A stretch of DNA of 64,000 bases from Deltaproteobacteria bacterium (GCA_033763315.1 JANRKS010000008.1:127078-191077); one strand, 5' to 3'. Positions 9,830 to 21,700 are shown, numbered from the stretch's first letter. Notes: a model not told the origin generated them from the letters alone. Numbers and translations are program-made.

Positions 9830-11683
9830 CTACGTTGCCCGCAATTCGTCGCGCAGGCCTGACGCGCGCTCTACGTGGCGTTCAACAGCCGCCGTGAACA
9901 CAACCGCTGAAGCGTAGATATCAACCTTCTGTTTGGCGCGCGTGATCGCCGTATAAACCAATTCGCGCGTCAGCACGTGCGAGACTTTTTCTGGCAACAA
10001 CAGTGCCACATGATCGAATTCGGAGCCCTGACTCTTGTGCACCGTCATCGCGAACACAGTTTCGTGCGCGGGCAACCGTGCAGGCGCGAAGGTGCGAGTG
10101 GTGCCTTCGCCCTGCCCTGCGAGCTGCGCAAAATGTGCCAAAGGCACGCCTGTGGTGCGATCCAAACAAATGACGCCCACATCGCCGTTGTAAAGCTCAA
10201 GCACCGGATCGTTGGCGGTGATCAAGATTGGCCGCCCATCATACCAAAGCTGATCCGGACGAATCACGTCATGCGCGGCCAACCAATTCTCCACCTGCGG
10301 GTTCACCCAATCGGCACCCGTGGGACCACGCCGGTGCGCACACAGCACCTTGAACCGCGACAACATCACCAAGCGCTCTTGCGGCGACGCTGTGGCAATC
10401 GTGGCGAAGGTTAGCATAAGCTGGTTGCGCAAGGTCTCAGGCAGCGCATTTGCAAGCGGCGGCAACAAGCGCACATCTTGGCTGCTCTCGGCCAATGCCA
10501 ACGCTCGCGGGGCGTCGCTGGCATTCACGGCGCGCGCCACGGCGCCGATGCCGCTGTCCTGCGCGTAACGGCGGCTGAGGGTAAGGCTCATGCAGCCATC
10601 CATGAGGCCGGGAGGCAACGCTTCGTTCACCGACTCTGGTGGCACGTCGATGCCCACTTCACGCAAACGGGACGCCATGGCGGCAGAGATGGCCTTGGCT
10701 TCGTCGCCGTAGATGTCCGCCAAGATTGATCCGGCTTCCACCGAAGCGAGTTGGTCTTTATCGCCAAGCAAGATCAAACGCGCTTGCGCCGGCACCGCCG
10801 CCAGCAATTTTGACATCAGCGCTAGATCGACCATCGAAGCCTCATCCACCAACACCACGTCGGCAGGCATCGGGTTGCTTTCGTTGTGGCGAAAACGGGT
10901 GGGCGTTTGCGGCAAGTAGCCGAGCGCCCGGTGGATCGTTGACGTGGGGGTAAGCACAGCGTCGCGCACAGCCGGCGTCACATCCAAAGCCGCCACGGCC
11001 CCGGCCATCGATTCAGCCAAACGCTGTGCGGCCTTGCCCGTGGGTGCCAAGGCTTTCACGCGAAAGGGCGTGCCTTGCGTCGCCAGCGCCTGCTCCTGCA
11101 GCAGCGCCAAGATGCGTGCGACCGTGAATGTTTTGCCGGTGCCCGGCCCGCCCGAAATGACACTGAAGCGACGCAAGACCGCGACGGCGGCGGCGTGCTT
11201 CTGTTCGTTCGCGTTTGCGGAAAACAAACGCTGCAAACCATCGGATAAAAGTGCGGTGTCTACGCTTTCGAAGGCAGCGGCACGCCCCCGCAAGGCCAAC
11301 GCCAAGCGGTGCTGGTAGCGCGCGTATCGGTACAAATAGAGCCTGCCGTGTGCGTCCAAGATCAGAGGACGCGGTTGCGCTTCATCAATGGCCGTTGCCA
11401 CCAAGGCGCTGCTCTGCAAAGCCTGCTGCCACGCATCGAACGTCGGCAACACGGGCCCGGCGGCTTCTTCATCTTCCGGCGGCGATAGCGCCGCGCCGGC
11501 AACGCGATGAAGGTCCACGCACACGTGGCCTTGTTGCACCGCCCGGCTGGCCAACGCCGCCGACAACGCCACGAGTGAACTTGTGCCTGGCACCAATCGC
11601 TGCAGCGCGAGCGCCAGCTGCATATCGATGGCGCCTAACACCTGCGACTGCAACAGCGCCGGCAAATCATACTCTTGCGTCAC
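9830..11683 (-). CDS. recD: Exodeoxyribonuclease V alpha subunit RecD
   Basis: GGPGTGKT, VDEASM, GDKDQL, TVHKSQGSE, YTAITRAK SF1B helicase motifs; follows recB. Confidence 0.95.
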   Translation of the reverse strand: MTQEYDLPALLQSQVLGAIDMQLALALQRLVPGTSSLVALSAALASRAVQQGHVCVDLHRVAGAALSPPEDEEAAGPVLPTFDAWQQALQSSALVATAIDEAQPRPLILDAHGRLYLYRYARYQHRLALALRGRAAAFESVDTALLSDGLQRLFSANANEQKHAAAVAVLRRFSVISGGPGTGKTFTVARILALLQEQALATQGTPFRVKALAPTGKAAQRLAESMAGAVAALDVTPAVRDAVLTPTSTIHRALGYLPQTPTRFRHNESNPMPADVVLVDEASMVDLALMSKLLAAVPAQARLILLGDKDQLASVEAGSILADIYGDEAKAISAAMASRLREVGIDVPPESVNEALPPGLMDGCMSLTLSRRYAQDSGIGAVARAVNASDAPRALALAESSQDVRLLPPLANALPETLRNQLMLTFATIATASPQERLVMLSRFKVLCAHRRGPTGADWVNPQVENWLAAHDVIRPDQLWYDGRPILITANDPVLELYNGDVGVICLDRTTGVPLAHFAQLAGQGEGTTRTFAPARLPAHETVFAMTVHKSQGSEFDHVALLLPEKVSHVLTRELVYTAITRAKQKVDIYASAVVFTAAVERHVERASGLRDELRAT

Positions 11684-14600
11684 GCGTGCACCTGCCCTGG
11701 CGGAAAGATGGCATCAAGGGCGGCCAACCGTGCTTCGCTTGGCCGCTGAAAATACACCCCGGACATCGGCCGTTGAGGGCCGCCCATGCCACGCAAAAAC
11801 ACATAGAAAACCCCGCCAAAGTGCGTGCGGCTGTCATAGCCGGGCAGCGTGCGGGCCAAATGGCGTGCCACCGCCAAAGCGTACAGATGCGATTGCAAGT
11901 GATAGTGGCCATCGACCATGGCCGTCTCAAGACGATCAGGCGCATAGTCGGCCCACGCGCGGCCAAGGTGGTTGGTTTTGTAATCCAGCACAAAAAAGCG
12001 CCCCGCGTGCTCGAATACAAGATCGACGAAGCCTTTGACGAAACCCGTAAGCGCCCCCAGATGCAATTTGCTCACCTCGCGCGCGTAGCGCTCTTCGGCG
12101 GGCGTGGCGGCATCCACCGCGAAGGCGTGCGCGAGCTGCACCTGCAGCGGCGTCTCGTTGCTGACGTTGCCCAGGGGCAAAGCAAATTCAAGTTCAGCGA
12201 TCCGCTTTTGCGGCGGCAGATCGGCCAAACAGAAAGCGCCGCGGCCATCATCAAGCGGGGTGCGGACGATGCTGCTGAGCACCTGCGGCAGCACATCCGA
12301 CCATGGCGTTTCATCGTAGCGGTAAAGCTGTAGTTGCGCGCGCACGGCCGGAACCAAGGCTTGGGCCGATGCCGCGAAATCCATCGTTTCCAACAATTCG
12401 TGGAAAAAGTTACCTGCCTTGGCGCCGCGCGGGAAGGCACCGAGCGGCACTTGCGACCCTCGCTCGGGCAACGCTTGGATCAGGGAAAGTTCATCATGAT
12501 CACGTGCCACGGCGAGTGAAGCGGTGGCGTGATCGGCCGCCGCTGTCATGCCTGAGAAGCTGGTGGTGCGCTGCCACACAGTCACGCGTGTGGCCGGCTC
12601 ACGTGCAGGCAAGAGCGGCGCCAGCGGTGTGCGGCTCACATAGGGAACGCCACGATCTTGCAGATTCGCGCGGCGCACAGAAACGGCCCCCTCACAACGC
12701 GCGCTCCACAGCTCAAGCGGCGCCCGCAACTCTGGTTCCGTCAAGCGCCCTAAGCTGCCGAAGATGTCATCGCCCACGGCGCGCGTGCCCAACGGATACA
12801 ACAGCGACGCCAATGACGTCTCCTTAAACTCGCGCGATGAGTAGCCCCACAGCAACACGCAGCGGTGTTTGGCGCGCGTGAGTGCCACATACAGCAAGCG
12901 CACGTTCTCGGCCAGCGTCTCCAGCCGGGCCATCGCCACATGCTCCCCCATGGCGGCCGAACCCACATCCAAAGTCACGCTGCCATCGGCTTCGTGAAAA
13001 CGCACAGCCTTTTGGTCCGCGGAGAACATCAAGATCTCATTCGCCACATACGGGCAAAACACGATCGGATATTCAAGCCCCTTTGAACGATGAACCGTGG
13101 TTAGCTTGACGGCGGCTTCATCGCTTTCAAGCCGGATCTGCGCCTCTTCGGGGGCCACACCCCCTTCGGCGTTTGACGGCGCCTGCCCCAACCAGTGCAC
13201 AACGCCGGCAGGCCCCAGATGCCCCTGCCGCGCCGCCCGATGGACAAGCTCCATCAAGTGCAGGAGGTTCGTCACCCGTCGCTCGCCATCGGTCAACCCC
13301 AACAGGCGCGGTTGCACCTGCTCGTGTTCCAAGAAGCGCCTGAACATCTGCACGAAGCCACGGCTGATCCACAGCTCGTGCCAGCTGCGAAAAACCTCGG
13401 ACCACAGCGACCAGCCAGAGGCGTCGCTTTCAAGCGCCACCAATTCATGTGCGGACAACCCGAGCAACCGCGTGGCCAAGGCGTTGCGCAACAGCGCGGC
13501 ATTGGTAGGTTCAGCCACGGCCGCCAACACCACCAGCAGCTCTTTGGCCTCGTCGGAGTCGAGCACGCTCTTATCGCCCAATAGCACGGCCGGGATCTGC
13601 AAGGCACGCAAGGCCTCTTGCACATCAACCGCTTGCTGGTTCGTGCGCGTAAGAACGGCGATGTCTGCCGGCACCACGCTTCGACCAGCGATCGTGGTGG
13701 GCCCGGCCAACAAACGTGAGATGTCCGCCGCGACGAGCGCCGCCATATGGTTGCGCGGATCCACAGCGCCACCCTCGTCATCGCACGTGAGCACCACCTC
13801 TATCGGCGTTGTTGCCACGCCACTTTGGGTCGCAAACACATCTTGCACGTCGGGACGCGGTGCCACCGGGCGAAAGTCGATGCCTTCCAAGACGAATGGC
13901 CGAGGCAGCATCTCGCGAGGCGCAAACAGCGAGTTTACCGCAGCGATCAAGCCAGCGTCAGAGCGCCAATTGACCCCCATAGAGTGATGTTGAGTGCCGG
14001 GCGCCTGCACCGCCGCGATGTACGCGTTCACATCAGCCCCGCGAAAACCGTAGATGGCTTGCTTCGGATCGCCGATCAAAAACAAAGGCCCTTCGCCACC
14101 GTGAAACAACGATTCGAAGATCTCGAATTGGACAGGATCGGTGTCCTGAAATTCGTCGATCAAGGCCGCCTTGAACCGCTTGCGTACAGCGTTGACAAGA
14201 TGCCTCGCCGCGGGCCCGCGCAACGCGTGGCGAAGGTGCAATAACAGGTCGTCGAACGTGATGGCGCCCAGGCTTTGTTTTCGCGCCTTCAATTCGTCGC
14301 GAAGAAACGTGGTGAATCGATGTTTCGCGGAAACCAATGCCGCAGGGCCCGCCTTCCCGCTAAGCAGTTGCGCCACATCTTCGAGCACATCGAAAACAGG
14401 GTGAACCGGCGCCCCCGACCCGCGCGCGACGATGCCGCTGCGTGAAAGCTGCTTTACGCCCGCTGGAGCCTCCGCTGGCGCCGCCACATCTCGAACCAGC
14501 TCATCAATTTGGTTGCACCAATTGGTCACGTGGTTCGCTGTGGGAGCCTTGTAGCCGGCCGCTTTTGTGCAGATCAAGCGCTCCACCACAGGCCGGTTCC

Positions 14601-15276
14601 ACACTTCACCTAAGCGCCCGCGCAGCAACGCCCACGTCTTTTCGCGCTCGAGCGGGTCGGCTGGCACAACCTTCGCATCGGGGTTGCGCAACAGCTTATC
14701 GGCCAACCCTTGCCACAAGCGGCGTGTGTCACGCTCGGCCCCTAAGATCGCACGGACATCGGCCACGCTCTGGGTGGCCAGATCTTTTGAATGAAAATCG
14801 TCGACCGCTTCATCCCGCAAAGGGCGCGCGTCAGCGATGAGTTCCGCTTCAAAAGGAACGCCGCTTTCCAAAGCGGCCTCCTGCAACACCCGGTGGCAAA
14901 ACCCGTGAATGGTGGAGATGGGAGCCTCGTCCACTTCCTCTAAGGCGAGCGCCAACCATTGTCGGTCAACCGCCGCAGTCGCGCGCCGTTGCTGGGCGTA
15001 CGCGCCCAGATCAGTGGAAGGAGGGGCCGCCTGAGAGGCCACAAGCTCAAAGGCTTCAAAAGCCTGCCGCAACCGCCGGCGTACGCGATCGCGCAGCTCC
15101 GCTGTGGCCGCTTCGGTGAATGTCACCACCAAGATGTCTTTGATGCGCAGGCGGCGCTCGACCACAAGGCGTGTCACCAGCGAAGTGATGGCGTACGTTT
15201 TTCCCGTGCCTGCGCTCGCGTCCACGACGTTGCGCCCCTGCAAAGCCACGGCAAAAGCATCGAAGTTGGGGCTCAC
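11680..15276 (-). CDS. recB: Exodeoxyribonuclease V beta subunit RecB
   Basis: ASAGTGKT, DEFQDT, GDPKQAIY, TVHRSKGLE, YVALTRA, and C-terminal nuclease GFVDL...LDYKTN. Confidence 0.95.
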   Translation of the reverse strand: MSPNFDAFAVALQGRNVVDASAGTGKTYAITSLVTRLVVERRLRIKDILVVTFTEAATAELRDRVRRRLRQAFEAFELVASQAAPPSTDLGAYAQQRRATAAVDRQWLALALEEVDEAPISTIHGFCHRVLQEAALESGVPFEAELIADARPLRDEAVDDFHSKDLATQSVADVRAILGAERDTRRLWQGLADKLLRNPDAKVVPADPLEREKTWALLRGRLGEVWNRPVVERLICTKAAGYKAPTANHVTNWCNQIDELVRDVAAPAEAPAGVKQLSRSGIVARGSGAPVHPVFDVLEDVAQLLSGKAGPAALVSAKHRFTTFLRDELKARKQSLGAITFDDLLLHLRHALRGPAARHLVNAVRKRFKAALIDEFQDTDPVQFEIFESLFHGGEGPLFLIGDPKQAIYGFRGADVNAYIAAVQAPGTQHHSMGVNWRSDAGLIAAVNSLFAPREMLPRPFVLEGIDFRPVAPRPDVQDVFATQSGVATTPIEVVLTCDDEGGAVDPRNHMAALVAADISRLLAGPTTIAGRSVVPADIAVLTRTNQQAVDVQEALRALQIPAVLLGDKSVLDSDEAKELLVVLAAVAEPTNAALLRNALATRLLGLSAHELVALESDASGWSLWSEVFRSWHELWISRGFVQMFRRFLEHEQVQPRLLGLTDGERRVTNLLHLMELVHRAARQGHLGPAGVVHWLGQAPSNAEGGVAPEEAQIRLESDEAAVKLTTVHRSKGLEYPIVFCPYVANEILMFSADQKAVRFHEADGSVTLDVGSAAMGEHVAMARLETLAENVRLLYVALTRAKHRCVLLWGYSSREFKETSLASLLYPLGTRAVGDDIFGSLGRLTEPELRAPLELWSARCEGAVSVRRANLQDRGVPYVSRTPLAPLLPAREPATRVTVWQRTTSFSGMTAAADHATASLAVARDHDELSLIQALPERGSQVPLGAFPRGAKAGNFFHELLETMDFAASAQALVPAVRAQLQLYRYDETPWSDVLPQVLSSIVRTPLDDGRGAFCLADLPPQKRIAELEFALPLGNVSNETPLQVQLAHAFAVDAATPAEERYAREVSKLHLGALTGFVKGFVDLVFEHAGRFFVLDYKTNHLGRAWADYAPDRLETAMVDGHYHLQSHLYALAVARHLARTLPGYDSRTHFGGVFYVFLRGMGGPQRPMSGVYFQRPSEARLAALDAIFPPGQVHA

Positions 15277-18200
15277 GACCGCGGCCCTTCCTCAAGCGTT
15301 CGGTGCGCCAACAAAGGGCCCACCACCCGTTCGGCCAGCTCTTCGAATGCAGGCCCGCGTGAGTGCAATGCCGCAAACGGCGGCGCATCGTCACCCAAGG
15401 CGCGCGTCCAATGAAACAAAAACTTGCTTGCGTCCCTATACGCATTCACGGCGCGTTCCATCGCGGGCCGTTTGGCGTTCTTGCCAGGATCAACGAACGC
15501 AAACGCCGCGTCGGCCTGAAAGCGCAGTGGCGCTTGCTGGCCTTGCAAGAACAACGTGACCAGCTCTTGCAGCAACGGTTGTGGTTGCTCTACCCGGCGA
15601 AAGCGCAAAAGCATAGGGATCTCGAGATCGGGGGCGGGTCCGATCAGCATCGTCACGGGAGGAACATCGGCCGGGGCCAGCCAACACAACATTAAATGGC
15701 TGACCCACGCTCGCAGCTGGCGCCCCGGCTTCAAGCGTCCGAACTGCAGCGACACCGCGCCTGAGCTGTACAGCCCATCCAGCGTGCCCACCAAGTGAAC
15801 CCCGGATGAAAGCTTTTTGTCGAAAGGCACGGGCGGCGAAGGCACGGCCATCAGGCCGGTTGCCACCGCGGCGATGCCACTGGCCTGTTGCGAAACTTCT
15901 TCTAAGAACACCTGCCCCAGCGAACCAAATGGCAAAAGGCCTGTGGCGCGCGAAACGGCAAACACCTGCTCTTGCAGCGCCTGCCCCGCGCCCCGTAAGC
16001 CCGCCAGCACACGCGAGCCCACGTCGTGACGTTGCAGACCACTTAATTGCGTGGGTTCGCGGCTCGGCAAATCGTGCCCCACCTCTGGAAAATCAACGCG
16101 CACCCGCCGCTGCAAAAAGAACCGCAACGGATCGTTGAAGAAGCGCTGCAGATCGGAGAATGCCACTTGCGCCTCCTGCATCGGCGGCAGGGCCTGCGTC
16201 ACGAAAGGCGGCGGCTCAACCAACGAACGCCCCAAACGGCTGGCGGCTTGGTGGAATTGGCCCGCATAACTCCACAAGCGTGCGTCTTGACCGGTGAAAT
16301 AGCGACGCGAAAAGCCTTGCAACGGGTGGCGCACGACCAGCGCCTGTTCCAGCCGATCGCGCGTCACTTCGGGCGTCACCAAAGCGTCAAGCAACTCGCT
16401 TAACAACACCGAAGGTGGCCGGACGGCGTTGTCGCGCACACTTTGGCCCGTGTATGTGATGAGCAGCTGCTCACGGGCGGCACACAACGTTTCTAAGAAC
16501 AGATAACGGTCGTCAAGCCGTCGATCACGGTCGCCTGGCTGCGGCCCCTGCGGCCCCCGCACCACCAGATCGAAATCCGTGGTCCGCGTGGCGCGCGGGA
16601 ACGCGCCGTCGTTGAGGCCAAGAATGCACACCACACGAAACGGAATCGAACGCATCGGCACCATCGCGCAAAACGTGACGCCGCCGGCAAGAAAACCACG
16701 TTCAGGCAACGCCGCATCAACGCGCTCTTGCAGCCAAGCACGCATCACACCCAGATCCACGTCACCCGTAAAGCCCGCCGATTCAGCTTCACTTTGTAAG
16801 GCGCCGAGCGCTTGCCGGATGTGCTGATGCTGCCAATCCGAAGCTTCGTCGTTGCCAACCAGGTCGCTTAGAAGCACTAAGAATGCTTCGCGCCACGCAG
16901 GCACGGTGCGAGGCGCTTGCAGGGTCTTGATGTGACCGAATAAAGTCTGCAAAAAGCCCACCACCACACCCAGATCCGCCGCTTGCTTGCCTTCAATTTC
17001 GTCGTACGGCAAAACGCCGGCAAACAGCGCTTGGCCGGCCGTGGGCAGCGCGTACCCCAACAACAGACGATCAAGACCGAACTCCCAGGTATTCTGGTTG
17101 TTGGCGGGTTGTCCGTGTTGTTGTCTGTGATCCGCGTCTAAGCCCCAACGCACGCCCGCGCCCATCAACCATTCCGTGAGCAGATCCAGATCGGCGCCTT
17201 GTAGGCCCAAGCGCGATTCGATGGCCGAGGCGGTGATAAGATCCAACACCGCCGGCGCGCTCATGCGCGAGCCGACCAAATCAAGCGCACGAAAGAACGC
17301 ATCCACCACGGGGCTATCAGCGCGCAGTTTGCGATCAGCGATGCGGAAAGGAATGTGCGTGGTCGCGGTGGGATCTTCACCGAACACAGCCTCAACAAAG
17401 GGCGCGTACGTCTCCACGTCCGTCATCATCACCACAACTTCGTGCGGCGCGACGGGATCTTGGGCGCGCGTCATCAGCGCGAGCAGTTGATCGCGGCACA
17501 CCTGAACTTCGCGCATGGGGCTGTGGCAAGCGTGAATGCTAATGCTGCCGTCAAGCGCGGGGCCGGCGGGTGGCGCGGCGACAGGCGCCGCCGAAAGAAA
17601 TGGCAGCGCCATTTGCGCCGTGGTGCGCGCGGGTTTGCCCTTGCTAGGGATGGGCGACGCCTCCACCGGTGCGGTAGGCGCGGCGTGCAAGTCAAACATC
17701 CGCGCTTGCAGCCGGCTCAACAACGTGCGCCCGTCGGGCCTCTGATACCGCTCATCCATGGCTTCGCCCAACGTCAAACGTTCGACGGTGTCGCCCAACA
17801 CACGACGAAAGTCAGCGCCAACAGTACCGCAAGATGAAACAAGCGGGTGCCCCGGATCCAAATACAAGGCTTGCGGATCTTGGCCGGAGGCCACGGCGCG
17901 CGCCCATTCGGTGCGGCTGGTGCTGTTCCACCAGTCTTTGTCAGAGGGCGAGAACACAAAAATATGCGTTTGCACCCAGCGGCTCGCCGCCAACAACACG
18001 CGCACATACGCAGGCGGCAGGCTGGAGATGCCGAACACGCACACGCGTTCGGGCAAACCGGCGGGCCGGTGCTGTTGCTCTTGCGCCTTGGCGTGCCACA
18101 GCTGCTGAACGGCTGCGAAATGTTGAGCGCCAAACTTGGGTTCGATGCGCCGCCATAGAGCGGCTTGCCACTGTTGCCCCTCATCAATGCCGCCCGTGTC

Positions 18201-18668
18201 GCCTTGCGACCAAGCCTGCACCAACTCGGGCCGATACGTGATGTAACGATCAAACAGCGTGCCCAAACGACGCGCCAGCTGAAAGCGTTTGGTGCCTCGC
18301 TCGTCCTGCTTGAGGTAAGCGCCGAGGCGCGCAAACGCCGGGTCGTGCAAGCAACTCTCAAATTCCGCGAGCACAAGCCAAGTCAACTGATCTTCGGAAA
18401 CTTGTGCCGCGGCGGCCGCTTGCTGTCCCAGCAGCGCTTCCACGCAGCGCTCGGTGTACTTGCGCGGAAAGCTGAAATCGCCGTGGGCAAAGACACCAAA
18501 GGCCCCCGCCAAACGCTGCGTCAGATAAGCAGCCATCCCCCGCCCCTGAACCACGATCGTCTCGCGTGCAAAGGGGCCGCCTTGTTGCGTCGCCACCACT
18601 TGCACCAGCGCGTCCACCAACGCTTCGGTGCGATTGCTATAGTGGGTGTAGATCGGCTCTGGGGTCAC
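15273..18668 (-). CDS. recC: Exodeoxyribonuclease V gamma subunit RecC
   Basis: SNRTEAL start, CHSPMREV, PMRSIPFRVVCILGLN, DDRYLFLE, HPLQGFS motifs; first gene of recCBD. Confidence 0.93.
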   Translation of the reverse strand: MTPEPIYTHYSNRTEALVDALVQVVATQQGGPFARETIVVQGRGMAAYLTQRLAGAFGVFAHGDFSFPRKYTERCVEALLGQQAAAAAQVSEDQLTWLVLAEFESCLHDPAFARLGAYLKQDERGTKRFQLARRLGTLFDRYITYRPELVQAWSQGDTGGIDEGQQWQAALWRRIEPKFGAQHFAAVQQLWHAKAQEQQHRPAGLPERVCVFGISSLPPAYVRVLLAASRWVQTHIFVFSPSDKDWWNSTSRTEWARAVASGQDPQALYLDPGHPLVSSCGTVGADFRRVLGDTVERLTLGEAMDERYQRPDGRTLLSRLQARMFDLHAAPTAPVEASPIPSKGKPARTTAQMALPFLSAAPVAAPPAGPALDGSISIHACHSPMREVQVCRDQLLALMTRAQDPVAPHEVVVMMTDVETYAPFVEAVFGEDPTATTHIPFRIADRKLRADSPVVDAFFRALDLVGSRMSAPAVLDLITASAIESRLGLQGADLDLLTEWLMGAGVRWGLDADHRQQHGQPANNQNTWEFGLDRLLLGYALPTAGQALFAGVLPYDEIEGKQAADLGVVVGFLQTLFGHIKTLQAPRTVPAWREAFLVLLSDLVGNDEASDWQHQHIRQALGALQSEAESAGFTGDVDLGVMRAWLQERVDAALPERGFLAGGVTFCAMVPMRSIPFRVVCILGLNDGAFPRATRTTDFDLVVRGPQGPQPGDRDRRLDDRYLFLETLCAAREQLLITYTGQSVRDNAVRPPSVLLSELLDALVTPEVTRDRLEQALVVRHPLQGFSRRYFTGQDARLWSYAGQFHQAASRLGRSLVEPPPFVTQALPPMQEAQVAFSDLQRFFNDPLRFFLQRRVRVDFPEVGHDLPSREPTQLSGLQRHDVGSRVLAGLRGAGQALQEQVFAVSRATGLLPFGSLGQVFLEEVSQQASGIAAVATGLMAVPSPPVPFDKKLSSGVHLVGTLDGLYSSGAVSLQFGRLKPGRQLRAWVSHLMLCWLAPADVPPVTMLIGPAPDLEIPMLLRFRRVEQPQPLLQELVTLFLQGQQAPLRFQADAAFAFVDPGKNAKRPAMERAVNAYRDASKFLFHWTRALGDDAPPFAALHSRGPAFEELAERVVGPLLAHRTLEEGPRS

Positions 18669-18732
18669 GAACGAGCGATTATGACGGGTATCGAATCAGC
18701 GTAAAGCCCCCCGGGGATATCTGCAGTTCGTG

Positions 18733-21700
18733 CTAGCGTGTGTCAGCGGGCAAGCCGCGCTCCGGAACCACGGTAGCCGCCCTGTTGCGCACGCGGTCCA
18801 AAGCGGACCGCAAGCCCTTGATGCGCAGTGGATCAGCATCGGATTCGATCGATCGATTCTGCAGCGCCGCCGCCGCGGCCTGCCAGCTGCCACTTCTCCA
18901 CGCCACTTGCAGGCGCTCTTCGGAGGAGACAACGGCCCCTTCACGTTCGGCCGCCAGCAGCGTGTCCCAGGCCCAATCCCAAAGGTGGCGGCGCGCATAC
19001 CAACGTGACAACGCCATCAGGCGCGTGGCTTCTGCCACACCTGCTTGCCGTTGCATCGGAGGGTGAGCCCAGGCCTCCTTGCTTTCCAGCAAGTCTGCTG
19101 TGTGCAAGAAGTTCTTCGCCGCCACAACCACAATGTCGGTGGCTGATGGCGAGAAAGAGACGTGCGGCTCAAGGCTGTCCGCCGTGGCGATCTGAAAAGC
19201 GTGCAAGGATTGCCCACGCCTGCCGTCCCACAGACGCACGGAACCGTCGCCGCTTGCACTCATGACGCGCCCGTTGCGACCGCTCGTCACGGTCACGACC
19301 TCTCCAGTGTGGCCCTCCATCCGTTGTAACTCTATGCCTTTGAATGTGTCGACCACGGAAACAACACGATCACTTCCGCCCACGGCTACGGTTCGGCCAT
19401 CGTCCGCAAACGACGTGGACCCCAGGATGCGATCGACTCCTTGCAACCGGGCTTTCCACAGCAGGCGCCTCTGTTGCAATTGCCACATTGCCACTTGCCC
19501 ATGATCGCCCGATAAAACAAGGCGTTGACCGTCCCGTGACACGTCCGCGGACCACACGCTGTTGACGCCCGCTTGACCCAACGTCCAAATCGCCTCGCCG
19601 GTGTTCGCATCTAGGAGGCGCAACGTACCGCTGAGATCGCCCACAACGATGAACCTTTCGTCGGGTGTGTGCGCCGTCGCGCGCGCCCACCCTTGCGTCA
19701 CGCGAACAGCAAACAATCGTTTGCCTTGTGGCAAATCCCACACGGAAACCACGCCTGCACCGTTGATCGTTCGCGCACGCATTTGTCCCATGGGTAAGGT
19801 CAAAGCGTCAGGCGACTCGTCGGTCGTTGTTCGATAAAGCTCAGCACCGGTGCTGCGATCCCACCAGGCAAGGTCAGCCCCTGGCCCCTGGGTGAGTATC
19901 TGGCGGGCGTCCTGTGAAAAATGTGCCGCAAAGGTCCCCTCCGTCACATGCCCCCAAAACCACAAGCTGGCCTCGTCGCCCACCCGAAACAGATAAAGCT
20001 CACCTTTTGTATCGCCCGCGATCAGCAATCTGCCGCTGAGGTCCAACGCTGTGGCCGTCAACAGGCCATGTTCAACGGCAAGGGTGCGATCGGCCTTCCC
20101 ACTGCCCTTCCATTGTCTCACGCTGCCATCAAAGCTCGCCGTGAGGTAAAGCCCTGAGCCAGGGTCAACGTGAACGCGAGGCACGGCGTGGGTGTGGCCA
20201 AGAAACGTGTTCAAAATCGCGAGCTGTGGATAGCTCAGCTCCGCAAACGAGCCGCTATAGCCAGATGTCACAAGCCGAGGCGGCTGGCCGACGAACTCGG
20301 TGGACAGGCTGAATGTGTTCTGGAAATTACGCATCCGGCTGATTTCTTTGCCGTCGAGAGACGACCAAACGCGCACCGTTTCGTCGGCCCCGCCCCCGAT
20401 GATGAATTGCCCATCAGGGCTGATCGTGAGGGCGCGCAACGTTCCCCGCAACTCAACCGTATGCCAAAGCTCTTTCCGCGAAGCGTAGTCGTAAAGGCGC
20501 AGCGTTCCTTTTTCATCACCCAGAGCCAATCGCTTTCCATCCGGCGAAAACGCGGCTCCTCGCAGCGGTTCAGGGACCACAAGCAGGACCTCAGCAGGGC
20601 CAAAGGCCTTGCCATCAAAACGCCATCGCTCAAGCACGCCCGCGGCGTTGCCACTGACCAATTCGGTGCGTGCGGGGTTTGCCTGCACAAAGTATCGCTT
20701 TGGCCCCACGGCAGCGAGCACCTGCAACGGCGCACCCGTGCGCAGGTCAAACGCGATGAGCTCTCCGTTATCAGAACAAGACACGAATAGATCTTGGCCG
20801 GGCAACACCTCTATCCCACGCACACGTTGGTTGTGGCCCTTGGTCCGCCACACGGGGGGCCCTGCGCTGCGGCCAGCATCCAAAGCGCCCAAAACCGCAG
20901 ACGTGTCGTCGGCGTGTTGACGCGCGAAGATCTCGCTGGCCTCCGCATAGCGGTCGCGCGCGTCGCTCCAACGTTCGCTCGCAACCCAGGCGTCACCTTC
21001 CGCCACCAGCGCTTGCGCCAGCCTTAGTTCAGTCAAGTTGCGTGCGCGGGTCACGTTCAAAGCATAAAACACTGAACCCACGGACAACGAAAGCACCAGA
21101 CACATCGACAGCAAGCTCACCCAAGCCAACGTTCGGTGGCGCCGCGTCCACTTAAGGACGCGTGTCAGCGGACCAATCGGCCCAGCTGAGATTGGTTGGC
21201 CGGCCAAGTGCCGACGCAAGTCATCGGCCAAGGCGCGCGCGGAGCTATAGCGATGCCGCGGCTCCTTTCCCATGGCTTTGCCGACGATGTGTTCGACTTC
21301 ACTTTGCACACCACTTGTGATCTGCCGCAGCGGCGGCGGATCGAAACGCATTAAGCGATAAATGATCTCAAAAGGTGTATCGCCGGAAAATGGCGGTCGC
21401 CCCGCAAGCATGTGGTAAAGCGTCGCGCCCAGGCTGTACACATCGGACCGCTCATCACATCGCCCCGCCTTGGCTTGTTCAGGCGGCATATATTCAAGCG
21501 TGCCCAAGATAGAACCCGCCGTGGTAAGCGTGGATCCACCCTCCGTGGCACGTGCCACGCCGAAGTCCAACACCCATGGGTGCCCATCGTTGTCCAGCAT
21601 CAAGTTTGAAGGCTTTATGTCACGGTGGATCACGCCGTGCTCGTGCGCATACTGCACGGCCTCCGCAACGTCGGCCATCACCTCCAAGCAGCGCCGCGGC

